Part shown: positions 1 through 8,430 of the stretch, piece after piece
How positions within the stretch are numbered: position 1 is the first letter of the stretch
Layout of the letters: every line of letters begins with the position of its first letter
IMG/VR virus record: IMGVR_UViG_2788500220_000013
Location: 1 to 64,000 of that record
Origin: a virus
Taxonomy: Duplodnaviria; Caudoviricetes
Strand: one strand, 5' to 3'
DNA length: 64,000 nt
Notes under the pieces: generated by a model
Told to the model about the DNA's origin: nothing
Databases searched by the model: none
The model's input: the letters and a program-made list of their open reading frames with translations, nothing else
Program-made: the position numbers and the translations under genes

Positions 1-391
1 GGAGCTTTTCTTTCCATTGATCAGATGCTACATGAAGGATCGGATGATTAGGATCAATATCAGAACCAGGGGTTACATCAAATATCTCAATTGCTAATCC
101 ACCGTCTCCAGACCACTCATCTTCTAACATAAGAGCTGCCTTATGACCGCCGTCCTTAAGATATATGTTAAATGCATATGACATTAGGCCTTGCTGTTCA
201 AAATCAAACCACTGGCCGTCAACAATAGTTTCCCAACCATCACCCATGCCATCGCCGTCAAGATCACCTCTTACTGCTAACTTTGTCTCATCCCAGTCAG
301 TATAACCATCTGCCCAAACGACGACAGCTAGTTTTCTATCCCATGGTTCAGATTTTTTCTTTTTTAATTTTTGTCTAAACTCATTTTTCAT
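1..391 (-). CDS. Hypothetical acidic protein, 5' part only (runs off the left edge of the window)
   Basis: Hand translation from ATG at 391 gives MKNEFRQKLKKKKSEPWDRKLAVVVWADGYTDWDE...ASDQWKEKL with no stop to position 1. A GAGGAG RBS lies just upstream. Absent from the ORF track because it is truncated. Confidence 0.8.
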   Translation of the reverse strand, partial: MKNEFRQKLKKKKSEPWDRKLAVVVWADGYTDWDETKLAVRGDLDGDGMGDGWETIVDGQWFDFEQQGLMSYAFNIYLKDGGHKAALMLEDEWSGDGGLAIEIFDVTPGSDIDPNHPILHVASDQWKEKL

Positions 392-440
392 TAGTTTTCT
401 CCTCTTACTAATTTATTGTTAATACGATAACGAAACGAAG

Positions 441-614
441 CTCATGACACAAAAAAACAGCCGATACACCAATATGTTACACCTAGAAACTAGACTAACA
501 AATAAAACGTATGACTGTTACATTAACGTTGTGCCGAACCGGAGAACGACTAACTTGACTCATCAAAACCAAACTCTGTAGGTTCGGTCGATTCCCTTAT
601 AAATATGGAGCTCG
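441..614 (-). promoter_or_regulatory. Conserved non-coding leader element, copy 1 (putative late promoter plus structured 5' UTR)
   Basis: Shares ordered sense-strand blocks with 5938-6091: CTCCATAYTTATAA, TTAGTC..TCC, CGTTA..GTAACAGTCA, and TCGGCTGTTTTTTTGTG. Confidence 0.65.
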
Positions 615-630
615 ACCGAATTCCTACAGA
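575..630 (-). terminator. Long imperfect hairpin after the 620-aa gene, probable intrinsic terminator, with the late-promoter motif in its loop
   Basis: Inverted repeats tctgtagg/cctacaga, ttcggtcga/tcgaccgaa and tcc/gga flank a cttataaatat loop. The minus strand continues GTTTGGTTTTG. Confidence 0.55.
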
Positions 631-640
631 TAAAACTTAA

Positions 641-2503
641 TTAACCTATCATTCTCATGCGGACTAAGCCTCCACACTCGACGACTTTAACATACCTTAT
701 TAATTCATCAGCAGCATTGCCGGCCGAGTCCTTAACATTGTATGTAATCTGGTAGTCTCCTGCCTCGGACAGATCAACTGGCGCGCCAGATACTTCAATC
801 GATTTTGATATATCTGATATATTCCCGTCAGCATCTTCATCTTCAGCAGTAGCACCTTCATCGCTGTATTCAGCATCATCCGTTCTACAGATTACCAATG
901 GGCTATCTTTATCAAACCCATCGCCTGTACCACGAAGTATAGGCTTAATTGTATCTGGTTTCTTAAGCAGTTCGATGTACCGCTCTGCAGAGGCTACATT
1001 ACCTGAGGCATCTATTGCCATATAAGACACTGTAAATGATCCATCCTTTCCGCTAGCTAATGCATCTTGGATAGCTTTTACATCTGCCTGACTTGGATTG
1101 GCAACAACATCTTGATCAATACTATCTGATGCATCTGCACCATACTCAACATATGAGCCACCAAATTCAATTTCTAAAGGCTCGGCAATAGTACTACCGG
1201 GCCCAAGGATTGTTATGACGGGTGGTAATGTGTCAACAAAAGTTACTAACCTAGTTCTCTTTGTTTCATTTCCGCTATCATCAATTGCTGTGTATACGAC
1301 TTCAGTTGTACCTGGGACAAGCGGGTCAATCTCATCTAATTCTGGATTTATAGATACATTGACGTCGATGTCCTCATCATCTGATACACTATATTCGTCA
1401 AAAGAAGGTGGCCATGGGCTACCTGCTTCTAAAACAATATTGACTGAGTCACCGAATGGTAACAACGTCAAATCTGGGTCAGTAATATCTGCTGCTTCCA
1501 CAGAAAACATCTCAGTAACCGTCTGGCCGTCTGCATCTGTTATAACACAAGACATGGTAATGGATTCGCCGGTAGGCAGCTCAGATATATCAAGAACTGT
1601 CCCTTGTAAGGTTTCACCGTTTTCCCACAAGTATGCATAGGGTTTTGTACCACCAGCAGCGGTTACTTGAAACTCAGCACGCTGTGTCTCTCTATCCGCG
1701 GATACCACTACGTTACCATCAATTTGAGCAACCAAAGGATCTGGTACTACTTCACCTTCAATAACAACAGTGCGTATAGCGGATGGTATTGTAATCTTAT
1801 ATGAGTAGGGATCGTCGCCATAACGGCCATAGGACTTGTCATAATTAATAAAGTAACCCTGGCTCATATACGAGGCCATTCTTGCATAGACTGCAATAGA
1901 ATATTGATAATCCCTATGATATTTCCTGAATAGTTCAGGATGATCCGTAGTATCATCTGGCCAGACAAACTTATAAGATCCGTTAAGCGGTGCACTATCT
2001 AATAGCTTAAAAACCATAGTGGTTAAAATATACCTACCGTCGCTACCATCTGATTCAGGGACTATATCACCATGTCCATGGTACCTGGAGGACCAGTCGA
2101 ATTTATAAGCATAGATATACTCACCATGGGTATCGGTATGATAATGTCTTACATATCCTCCTGTATTTAAGTCACCGGTTTTGATTAATCCGTCGGCGAC
2201 ACTGGTCGATGGCTTTTCGATCCATCCGTGATCGTCCCCGGTCTCATGAAGTGCTTGTATGCGCGCGCGGTGCTCTTCAGTAAATCGTGCAGTGTGACCA
2301 GGTCCGTTTTCAAAGCCGTAGAAAAACATACTTTCATGTTGGTATCCGGGGACACTCAACATAGTGAAAAAACCCTTATCAATCTGTGAGGGTGTCGGAT
2401 CCTTTATAATCACTGGCAGCTTAACAATATTTTCACCAAAAATAGGATCATTAGCATGATATTCTGGTGTACCTAATTCAATATGATGATCTAAATAAGA
2501 CAT
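641..2503 (-). CDS. Ig-like repeat (DUF5011/HYR-like) protein, probable virion surface protein, C-terminal GLVRMRMIG tag
   Basis: Three repeats of the type DT.PP.I.L.G...Y.E.GA.A.D..D...Y.A.D.SGN....R.V, preceded by a PKD/SprB-like AGGTKPYAYLWENG segment. Confidence 0.7.
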   Translation of the reverse strand: MSYLDHHIELGTPEYHANDPIFGENIVKLPVIIKDPTPSQIDKGFFTMLSVPGYQHESMFFYGFENGPGHTARFTEEHRARIQALHETGDDHGWIEKPSTSVADGLIKTGDLNTGGYVRHYHTDTHGEYIYAYKFDWSSRYHGHGDIVPESDGSDGRYILTTMVFKLLDSAPLNGSYKFVWPDDTTDHPELFRKYHRDYQYSIAVYARMASYMSQGYFINYDKSYGRYGDDPYSYKITIPSAIRTVVIEGEVVPDPLVAQIDGNVVVSADRETQRAEFQVTAAGGTKPYAYLWENGETLQGTVLDISELPTGESITMSCVITDADGQTVTEMFSVEAADITDPDLTLLPFGDSVNIVLEAGSPWPPSFDEYSVSDDEDIDVNVSINPELDEIDPLVPGTTEVVYTAIDDSGNETKRTRLVTFVDTLPPVITILGPGSTIAEPLEIEFGGSYVEYGADASDSIDQDVVANPSQADVKAIQDALASGKDGSFTVSYMAIDASGNVASAERYIELLKKPDTIKPILRGTGDGFDKDSPLVICRTDDAEYSDEGATAEDEDADGNISDISKSIEVSGAPVDLSEAGDYQITYNVKDSAGNAADELIRYVKVVECGGLVRMRMIG

Positions 2504-2781
2504 TATTCATTTCCTCCCGCAAGTTGTTGCATTATCTGATCATTTAGTTCAACACCAATACCTGCGTTCAGGCCGTTGGTGTCACAATGCCGTATCATGT
2601 CTAGCACAACAATGGAGCCCATGAATAAAGAGATATCATCCTCAAATTCTGAGAGATCTGTCTCTGCATGTGCCTCCTTAGCATCTTCAACAGCAGCAAG
2701 AAGTGCTGCCCTATATTGTTCATCTTCAACTTTTGCAATTTCATCAAGCAAAGGTTGAATATCACTATTTTCAATAGCCAT
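2503..2781 (-). CDS. Hypothetical acidic helical protein
   Basis: 92-aa ORF with AGGAG RBS. Its stop overlaps the next start. Confidence 0.65.
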   Translation of the reverse strand: MAIENSDIQPLLDEIAKVEDEQYRAALLAAVEDAKEAHAETDLSEFEDDISLFMGSIVVLDMIRHCDTNGLNAGIGVELNDQIMQQLAGGNE

Positions 2782-2838
2782 TTTATTTCTCCTTTTTATT
2801 TTTTGTTTGTTTCATAACTTAACTTAACGACAAATTGT

Positions 2839-4101
2839 TTACTCTTGAGGTTGTGGGGCCTGACCACCAAACATACCCTGTACAGCATTTGAGAACATCT
2901 GCTGCATCGAGACGAATGTGTCATGCCTTAATTGCACTTCATAAACTGCCTGATCTCTTTCTTCTATTTTCTCTTGCCTTTCTGCTTCTTTGCTCTCTAA
3001 CTCCGCTTTCTTGATATTTATGTCGGATAGCGAGATCGCGATTTCTTGCTCAAGTACAGTCTTTAAATCATTAAAGATTTGATGATTTGGCGCAATCGTA
3101 AGAAAATGATAATCGTCAGTTATACTATCAGGATCAATAACAGTATCTGGTTCAATTTGGGCCCAGGAAACTCCATCAGGTAACAAACCAGGTGTATGCT
3201 TATCTGCAATTCCAGTCAGGCCAATGAATTGAATACCATCTCCAAGAATAAGATTCATGATTTGTGATATCTTATTAACTAAGGAGTTAGAAACAACTGA
3301 TTTTTCATGCTGCTTTTCCTGACGCTGATCCTGGAGGGTATTCAACTGAGCGGTGTTTTCGACAATTTGGTGTATATAATTGCTACGAGCATTTTCAATA
3401 TCGCCGAGTACGGTCTGCGGTATCGAGGCCTCCTGGCCGTCCCAAGCGGGATTAAAGACTTGATAAGCCTCGAGGAAACGACTCCGAATTTCTGCATCAT
3501 CTGAATTAATATAGGCTTTATAATGGCCCATAAGAACCTCAACTGAACGATGGCCATCGTTAGCAATCTCAATGTTGGCCGTGGCGGAATTAATTAAACC
3601 AATTATACTGACTATATCTGCTTGCAATGAAGACCAAAGTTCGAAATCGGTTGTATATTCTTGCTGGATAGATGCTACTTCGTTTAACATCTGCGTTGTT
3701 GATCTAAGATCTCCCTTAAGTTCAATCTCCACCCGGCGTTCTTGAGCTTGGATCAATGCAGAAAGCTCTGTGCAGATCTGAACGAGCGTCCGGAGTTCCG
3801 TTTCCGTAGTATTACGTTGGGAAACTGCCTCTGACCATGCTTCCCTGACTGCCTCAACTTCTTCAATAAGGCCAATTATCATAGGCTCATATGGCTCAAT
3901 CGCATGAAGAGTTTCGATTCTTTCCTCAAGTTGTATTATCTTTACTTGAAGTCCTGAAATTACTTCAGCGTAATCAGACAGCGGTTTACCATCAACGTAG
4001 ATTCTCTCTGCGTGAACCTCTGACCATTGTTTGTCAATTTTCCCAAGTGCACCGCCGTTGTGTACCCGAGGAACGAAATTTAATTTATTATCTTCTGGCA
4101 T
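2839..4101 (-). CDS. Coiled-coil protein with an N-terminal tail-fibre-like motif
   Basis: N-terminus FVPRVHNGGALGKIDKQWSEVHA resembles the P......LG....W...A motif of phage fibre proteins, followed by long heptad-rich E/Q/L segments. GGAG RBS. Confidence 0.55.
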   Translation of the reverse strand: MPEDNKLNFVPRVHNGGALGKIDKQWSEVHAERIYVDGKPLSDYAEVISGLQVKIIQLEERIETLHAIEPYEPMIIGLIEEVEAVREAWSEAVSQRNTTETELRTLVQICTELSALIQAQERRVEIELKGDLRSTTQMLNEVASIQQEYTTDFELWSSLQADIVSIIGLINSATANIEIANDGHRSVEVLMGHYKAYINSDDAEIRSRFLEAYQVFNPAWDGQEASIPQTVLGDIENARSNYIHQIVENTAQLNTLQDQRQEKQHEKSVVSNSLVNKISQIMNLILGDGIQFIGLTGIADKHTPGLLPDGVSWAQIEPDTVIDPDSITDDYHFLTIAPNHQIFNDLKTVLEQEIAISLSDINIKKAELESKEAERQEKIEERDQAVYEVQLRHDTFVSMQQMFSNAVQGMFGGQAPQPQE

Positions 4102-4118
4102 TTTATTCTCCTTTTAGT

Positions 4119-4535
4119 TTAAATTTTTATGGTGTAGTCATTATCAACCAGTATGAGTAATGACTCGCCAGATCCCTCGGGATCAAATGTTATATCTAAG
4201 TCTTCATCAAGCTTAATAGATGCATCTAATTCAACTTTTTTAGAATTAAGTGATATATCTCCAGAGCATGAATAATAGACTAACGGTTCTTCAAAAACTT
4301 CAACTTGTAACTTACTGCTAGGTAGCACATCATCAGAAATGCCTTGTAACAAAGAATCCTCATATATAGAATTGCTTAGTATAATATCTCTATCTGTATC
4401 TAAATCTACACCTGAGTCTAGTTCAACATTCCTAGAGTTTAATATTAAGTGACTAAGGCATTCATCCCATAGCAGGGGGGGAAGTAAAATAATATTAGAA
4501 CTTCCTGCCATTAATCTTAATCTAGCTAATTTCAT
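4119..4535 (-). CDS. Hypothetical acidic protein with N-terminal LARLRLMAG motif and an internal duplicated repeat
   Basis: 138-aa ORF with AAGGAG RBS. Internal repeat LNSRNVELDSGVDLDTDRDI / LNSKKVELDASIKLDEDLDI. Confidence 0.65.
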   Translation of the reverse strand: MKLARLRLMAGSSNIILLPPLLWDECLSHLILNSRNVELDSGVDLDTDRDIILSNSIYEDSLLQGISDDVLPSSKLQVEVFEEPLVYYSCSGDISLNSKKVELDASIKLDEDLDITFDPEGSGESLLILVDNDYTIKI

Positions 4536-4560
4536 TTATTTCTCCTTAATTTTAAAATGC

Positions 4561-5289
4561 TTAACTTAATAACCGTAAACGAACTAATCCCGGCTTTTCA
4601 TTTACTAATGCTAAGATTTCTTCTTCAGAAAACTCACAATCATAAAATTTAAAATAGTCGAAATATTCAAATAACTGAGTGGCGTTGCTTTCAAAATCTA
4701 AAGAACTCTTACGGTTCCCTATGACGGTAAGATAATTGTCTTCGTCCTGTGCAACGTTCACGTCATACGTGCACGCGAGGAGACCGTCAATATAAATTTT
4801 TGTTTTAGAACCAGAACCAACTACTGCCATGTGATGCCACTCATTATCATTGCATGTAGATAGATCTATATCACAACCGATATACATCGTTTCATTAATA
4901 TCACTCCAGTCTCTCTTAGTTAGTCTGGTACCACCCATCTTATTGTCTGGGGTAACATATACCAAGTGACTAGCCCTTCCGTCTGGATCATTTTCGTTAC
5001 ATAGTTGTAATATCGTCCTGTGTGTCCCAACAGTCTTGATACCTTTAAAGAAAAATGAAAAAGTCCATCCTAAACCGGCCGAACATAGTCTTGTTTTTAC
5101 TTGATTAAATTTGCTTAGGTTTCCAGTGTCACCAGTAAACTGAAGTGAATACTTTCCGAACTTTGAATCATTACTAGACACTACGGCACCATTATGAAAA
5201 TACCAGCCGCCTGGGCCTTTTCCCATGCCGGACTTACTGGACTCAGTTGGAGACTCAAAGTCTAAATAATGTTTTAAGTTTTTAATCAT
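4561..5289 (-). CDS. LamG/concanavalin-A-like jelly-roll protein with C-terminal GLVRLRLLS tag
   Basis: SKFGKYSLQF, WTFSFFFK, NEWHHMAVV...KIYIDG and FDYFKFYDCEFSEEEI match the Laminin_G_3 pattern. Confidence 0.75.
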   Translation of the reverse strand: MIKNLKHYLDFESPTESSKSGMGKGPGGWYFHNGAVVSSNDSKFGKYSLQFTGDTGNLSKFNQVKTRLCSAGLGWTFSFFFKGIKTVGTHRTILQLCNENDPDGRASHLVYVTPDNKMGGTRLTKRDWSDINETMYIGCDIDLSTCNDNEWHHMAVVGSGSKTKIYIDGLLACTYDVNVAQDEDNYLTVIGNRKSSLDFESNATQLFEYFDYFKFYDCEFSEEEILALVNEKPGLVRLRLLS

Positions 5290-5297
5290 TATATACC

Positions 5298-5906
5298 TTA
5301 TGCTAGCATTCTCATACGAACAAGCCCTTCCACAGATGGTTTAGGTTCATCTTTAGGATTCGCCTTAGAATGACCGATGATCTTTAATGCATTATAATAT
5401 GCAGCCTTATCAACATCACTCTCAGAATATATAAAGATCTGACCATCTTCCGGGGTCACTGGTTCAAAAATTGCAAATTCAGTTGACACGGTATCCTGTA
5501 TACAGACGTCTTTTATTCTCAATAAGACATCTGAAATTTCGCTAGTCCCTCTATGCTGAATTCGAAATCCCACAACATCACCGACCCTGTAGGGGCTATA
5601 TAAGGCACCATCATCGTTTGTTGTGTAGAATTCATTTGCATTCTTAATTGCATCTTTCATACCATCCGGGGTGTCTTCACAAAGACGGCCGTCTTCTGCA
5701 AAGCGCTGGGGCGACGTATTCCACCTAAACACGAAAGAACTGTATACTTTTCCATCATTTTCAATATCGTTTTGAGGGAAAAAATGGTTGACGGCTTGCC
5801 GGGGGCGGTTAAAATTACTGGCATGCATATTGGGATCTTCTTTTCCCACAGGATAATGTATATCATCACCAATGGCCCAAAACATACCTTCTTCAATTAA
5901 ATTCAT
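5298..5906 (-). CDS. Hypothetical protein with C-terminal GLVRMRMLA tag
   Basis: 202-aa ORF with AAGGAG RBS. It is the first gene after leader copy 2. Confidence 0.7.
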   Translation of the reverse strand: MNLIEEGMFWAIGDDIHYPVGKEDPNMHASNFNRPRQAVNHFFPQNDIENDGKVYSSFVFRWNTSPQRFAEDGRLCEDTPDGMKDAIKNANEFYTTNDDGALYSPYRVGDVVGFRIQHRGTSEISDVLLRIKDVCIQDTVSTEFAIFEPVTPEDGQIFIYSESDVDKAAYYNALKIIGHSKANPKDEPKPSVEGLVRMRMLA

Positions 5907-5937
5907 TTTATATCTCCTTAAATTGTTAAAACATCAA

Positions 5938-6091
5938 ACTCAACGCACAAAAAAACAGCCGAAGCACTTATCTTTATGCAATACAGCAACAAAAATAAAC
6001 TTGACTGTTACTAACGGAGTCTACAACTAAAGGAGACTAAATTAAAACGTAATTCGTGATTTGCTCACGACAATTATAAGTATGGAGTTCA
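5938..6091 (-). promoter_or_regulatory. Conserved non-coding leader element, copy 2
   Basis: Same ordered blocks as 441-614, plus a small tcgtga/tcacga hairpin at 6054-6070. Confidence 0.65.
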
Positions 6092-6101
6092 ATAGTTTTT
6101 T

Positions 6102-6494
6102 TTAACTGTCGTCGTCTTTACCAGAGATGAATCGAGCTCTAACAATACCGCCTGTACCCATTAATCTCATCCTATTCAACACAGGGACAGTATAAAAAAA
6201 ATCAATAAAAGTAGAAAAATTTTCTGCATCAGCATCTATACCTTCGATTCCCAAAGTAACCGTACCAGATCCAGATAACGAAATAACATCTGCTAACACT
6301 AAGCCATATGTACCTCGGCCATTTATGTCATGGGTTCCGGTCGTACCTGCAACCTGATCCTTAACATCAGGTCCGGCATCTATAGAAAATGATGTAATCT
6401 CCCAACTAGAACTTGCCTGATTATCGCTAAGTGTTAAATTAACCTTTTTAGAGCTTATTGTCTGCAGGTCCCAATTGTCTGTTACTAATGCCAT
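6102..6494 (-). CDS. Hypothetical beta-rich protein ending in two copies of the R-x-R tag
   Basis: C-terminus VLNRMRLMG-TG-GIVRARFISG-KDDDS. Confidence 0.65.
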   Translation of the reverse strand: MALVTDNWDLQTISSKKVNLTLSDNQASSSWEITSFSIDAGPDVKDQVAGTTGTHDINGRGTYGLVLADVISLSGSGTVTLGIEGIDADAENFSTFIDFFYTVPVLNRMRLMGTGGIVRARFISGKDDDS

Positions 6495-6507
6495 GCTCTT
6501 CCGCTAA

Positions 6508-6747
6508 TTAAGACTTATATAAAATTTTCTTTAAATTACGTACATGATTATCAAATTTGCAACAATCAGAATTTACAAACTCTACTGATTTAGCTCGAGC
6601 TTTATTGTCTGCATCATCAAACTCAAAATAAAACCTACCATCTGGAAGCCGCTTACACTCAGTAAGCGAGAACCCGTGGGTCGCTAAATACGCTGCTATA
6701 GCAATATCTGATGTCACAAAAACATTATTTTGTGATGATGTAGTCAT
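6508..6747 (-). CDS. DUF5659-like small phage protein
   Basis: Pattern FVTSDIAIAAYL..G..L......GRFYFEF recognised by eye. Confidence 0.55.
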   Translation of the reverse strand: MTTSSQNNVFVTSDIAIAAYLATHGFSLTECKRLPDGRFYFEFDDADNKARAKSVEFVNSDCCKFDNHVRNLKKILYKS

Positions 6748-6825
6748 TAATCCTCGGCTCCTTAAACGTCCTAATCCACAACTTTAAATATGGAGATGAT
6801 TTAATTCTTGACAGTATACTAACCG

Positions 6826-7902
6826 TCAATTTAGAATCAATACAGTTATAACGTCATCTGGCTCAAGGTCATAGTTAAATGTAATTCCGTCTACTTGATC
6901 AACAGTATAGTCAGCCGATGTTCCATTAACCTGAAGGACACCGTTCACAAAAATATCCCATCTTTGATCATCAAATTCAAATTCTGCCATATTCAATCCA
7001 GGCACAACAACAGGGGTTCCTTCATCAATAAGCTCTTCTATTTCGCCAACAAACTTGAACCTGCCTACCATTAATGCAGAAACTGTAGTTTGGCCGGTTA
7101 ATGGATCAGCAGAAACATCAATACCAGGTCCAGAAACTAGAAATGGTGAAGTACCGTCTGGGCAAAAAATATCTTTAATAGCTAATGTATCGGCAGAGAT
7201 TGATGTAGAAGATATTGCATCTGCTGTTAAATTATCTACTGTTAAATCTTGGGCAGACATCACGTTAGATGTTATATTACTTGCCGTTACTTCTTGAAAA
7301 GCCCCAGACAAGGAAGACACTATGCCAGCAGTAACTCCGGCTGTGGCATTTACCGACTGTGCAGTAATAGAACCACTTGCAAAAATTGAGGCCTCTGAAA
7401 ATAGGCTACCTATATGAAGCGCCTTAAAATCTTGTGAACTAGGATCTGGAAATATATTAAGTTCTGCTGAGCCGGTATTAATTGTGCTAGTATCAACACC
7501 TGCTAACCTAAACTCGTCTGCACTTTTGTCCCAGAAGAATGAAGGGTCATTTGATCCCTCAACATTAAACACTAATCCTCTATCACCCTGTATAGAAGAT
7601 GCTGTAGCACCATACCCTATAAAGATTACTGTAGACTCTACTGATAGGGTTGAGACTTCAATTTCGCTTACTTCACCATGATTTATAAAATCGCCGTATA
7701 AATGAATATCGCCAGTTACTGTAACATCTTGGCTAAATTCATTATCTTCGACAAATATATTCGCAGCCGACAAGAACGGCACCTGCACAGATTCACCGGT
7801 AGGAATTGATCCACTAAATATTAGATCATCGATTTGTGGGTGGGTTAATCTCCCTATCCCATCTAAATCTTCATGATTATCGATTACGACTACTGCGGTC
7901 AT
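6826..7902 (-). CDS. Putative tail fibre/virion structural protein
   Basis: N-terminal HEDLDGIGRLTHPQID motif, S/A/T-rich beta-repeat middle, and C-terminal IFVNGVLQ..G...DY...ITF..DLEPDD.I domain typical of fibre/baseplate-associated proteins. Confidence 0.55.
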   Translation of the reverse strand: MTAVVVIDNHEDLDGIGRLTHPQIDDLIFSGSIPTGESVQVPFLSAANIFVEDNEFSQDVTVTGDIHLYGDFINHGEVSEIEVSTLSVESTVIFIGYGATASSIQGDRGLVFNVEGSNDPSFFWDKSADEFRLAGVDTSTINTGSAELNIFPDPSSQDFKALHIGSLFSEASIFASGSITAQSVNATAGVTAGIVSSLSGAFQEVTASNITSNVMSAQDLTVDNLTADAISSTSISADTLAIKDIFCPDGTSPFLVSGPGIDVSADPLTGQTTVSALMVGRFKFVGEIEELIDEGTPVVVPGLNMAEFEFDDQRWDIFVNGVLQVNGTSADYTVDQVDGITFNYDLEPDDVITVLILN

Positions 7903-7949
7903 TATAAGCCTCGATATAAATTTACACTAAAATCATGTCCTGTAACTTC

Positions 7950-8417
7950 TTATAATAATATTAAAGCACAGGCCAGAAGGTTATTTGACATATGTGCAAA
8001 TATACCAGGTATAACTGAATTTGTTTTTAGTCTTAACCATCCAAAAAATATTGCCAGCGGAAAAACTCCCAAAACATGGATTGGGTCAATATGTGCTGCT
8101 GCAAATAAAATTGATGTTGCATAAAATACAAACAGATCACTAAAACGACAAAACTTTAAGAGTTTCCATAAAAGGCCCCTGAATACTAATTCTTCGATTA
8201 TCGGCATGACTACGCCAATTATCAATACGGCGTATAGTATCTCAATGCCAGATATCTGTGTAATGAGATTTTGAAACTCACTAAGACTCTCTGACTTAAT
8301 CCTAAATGTATTAGAGACTAATGTAATAAATGCGCTGGAAGCTAATCCAATTAAAGGAGCTCCCAATATTGCTAATAACCAAGTTCTTTTTATTTTCCTA
8401 AATAAGCTTTGCCGCAA
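7950..8417 (-). CDS. CPBP (CAAX protease/Rce1/Abi) family intramembrane glutamic endopeptidase
   Basis: Motifs PIIEELVFRG (EExxxR), FAAAH (FxxxH) and HMSNN (HxxxN), with several hydrophobic helices. TTG start after GAGG. Confidence 0.9.
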   Translation of the reverse strand: MRQSLFRKIKRTWLLAILGAPLIGLASSAFITLVSNTFRIKSESLSEFQNLITQISGIEILYAVLIIGVVMPIIEELVFRGLLWKLLKFCRFSDLFVFYATSILFAAAHIDPIHVLGVFPLAIFFGWLRLKTNSVIPGIFAHMSNNLLACALILL

Positions 8418-8430
8418 ATATTACCTCGAT

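Noticed and set aside
444-581. 45-codon plus-strand ORF and a 22-codon minus-strand uORF (MSQVSRSPVRHNVNVTVIRFIC) inside leader copy 1
   Set aside because: Neither frame has a start and open reading in leader copy 2, so the conservation is better explained as non-coding.
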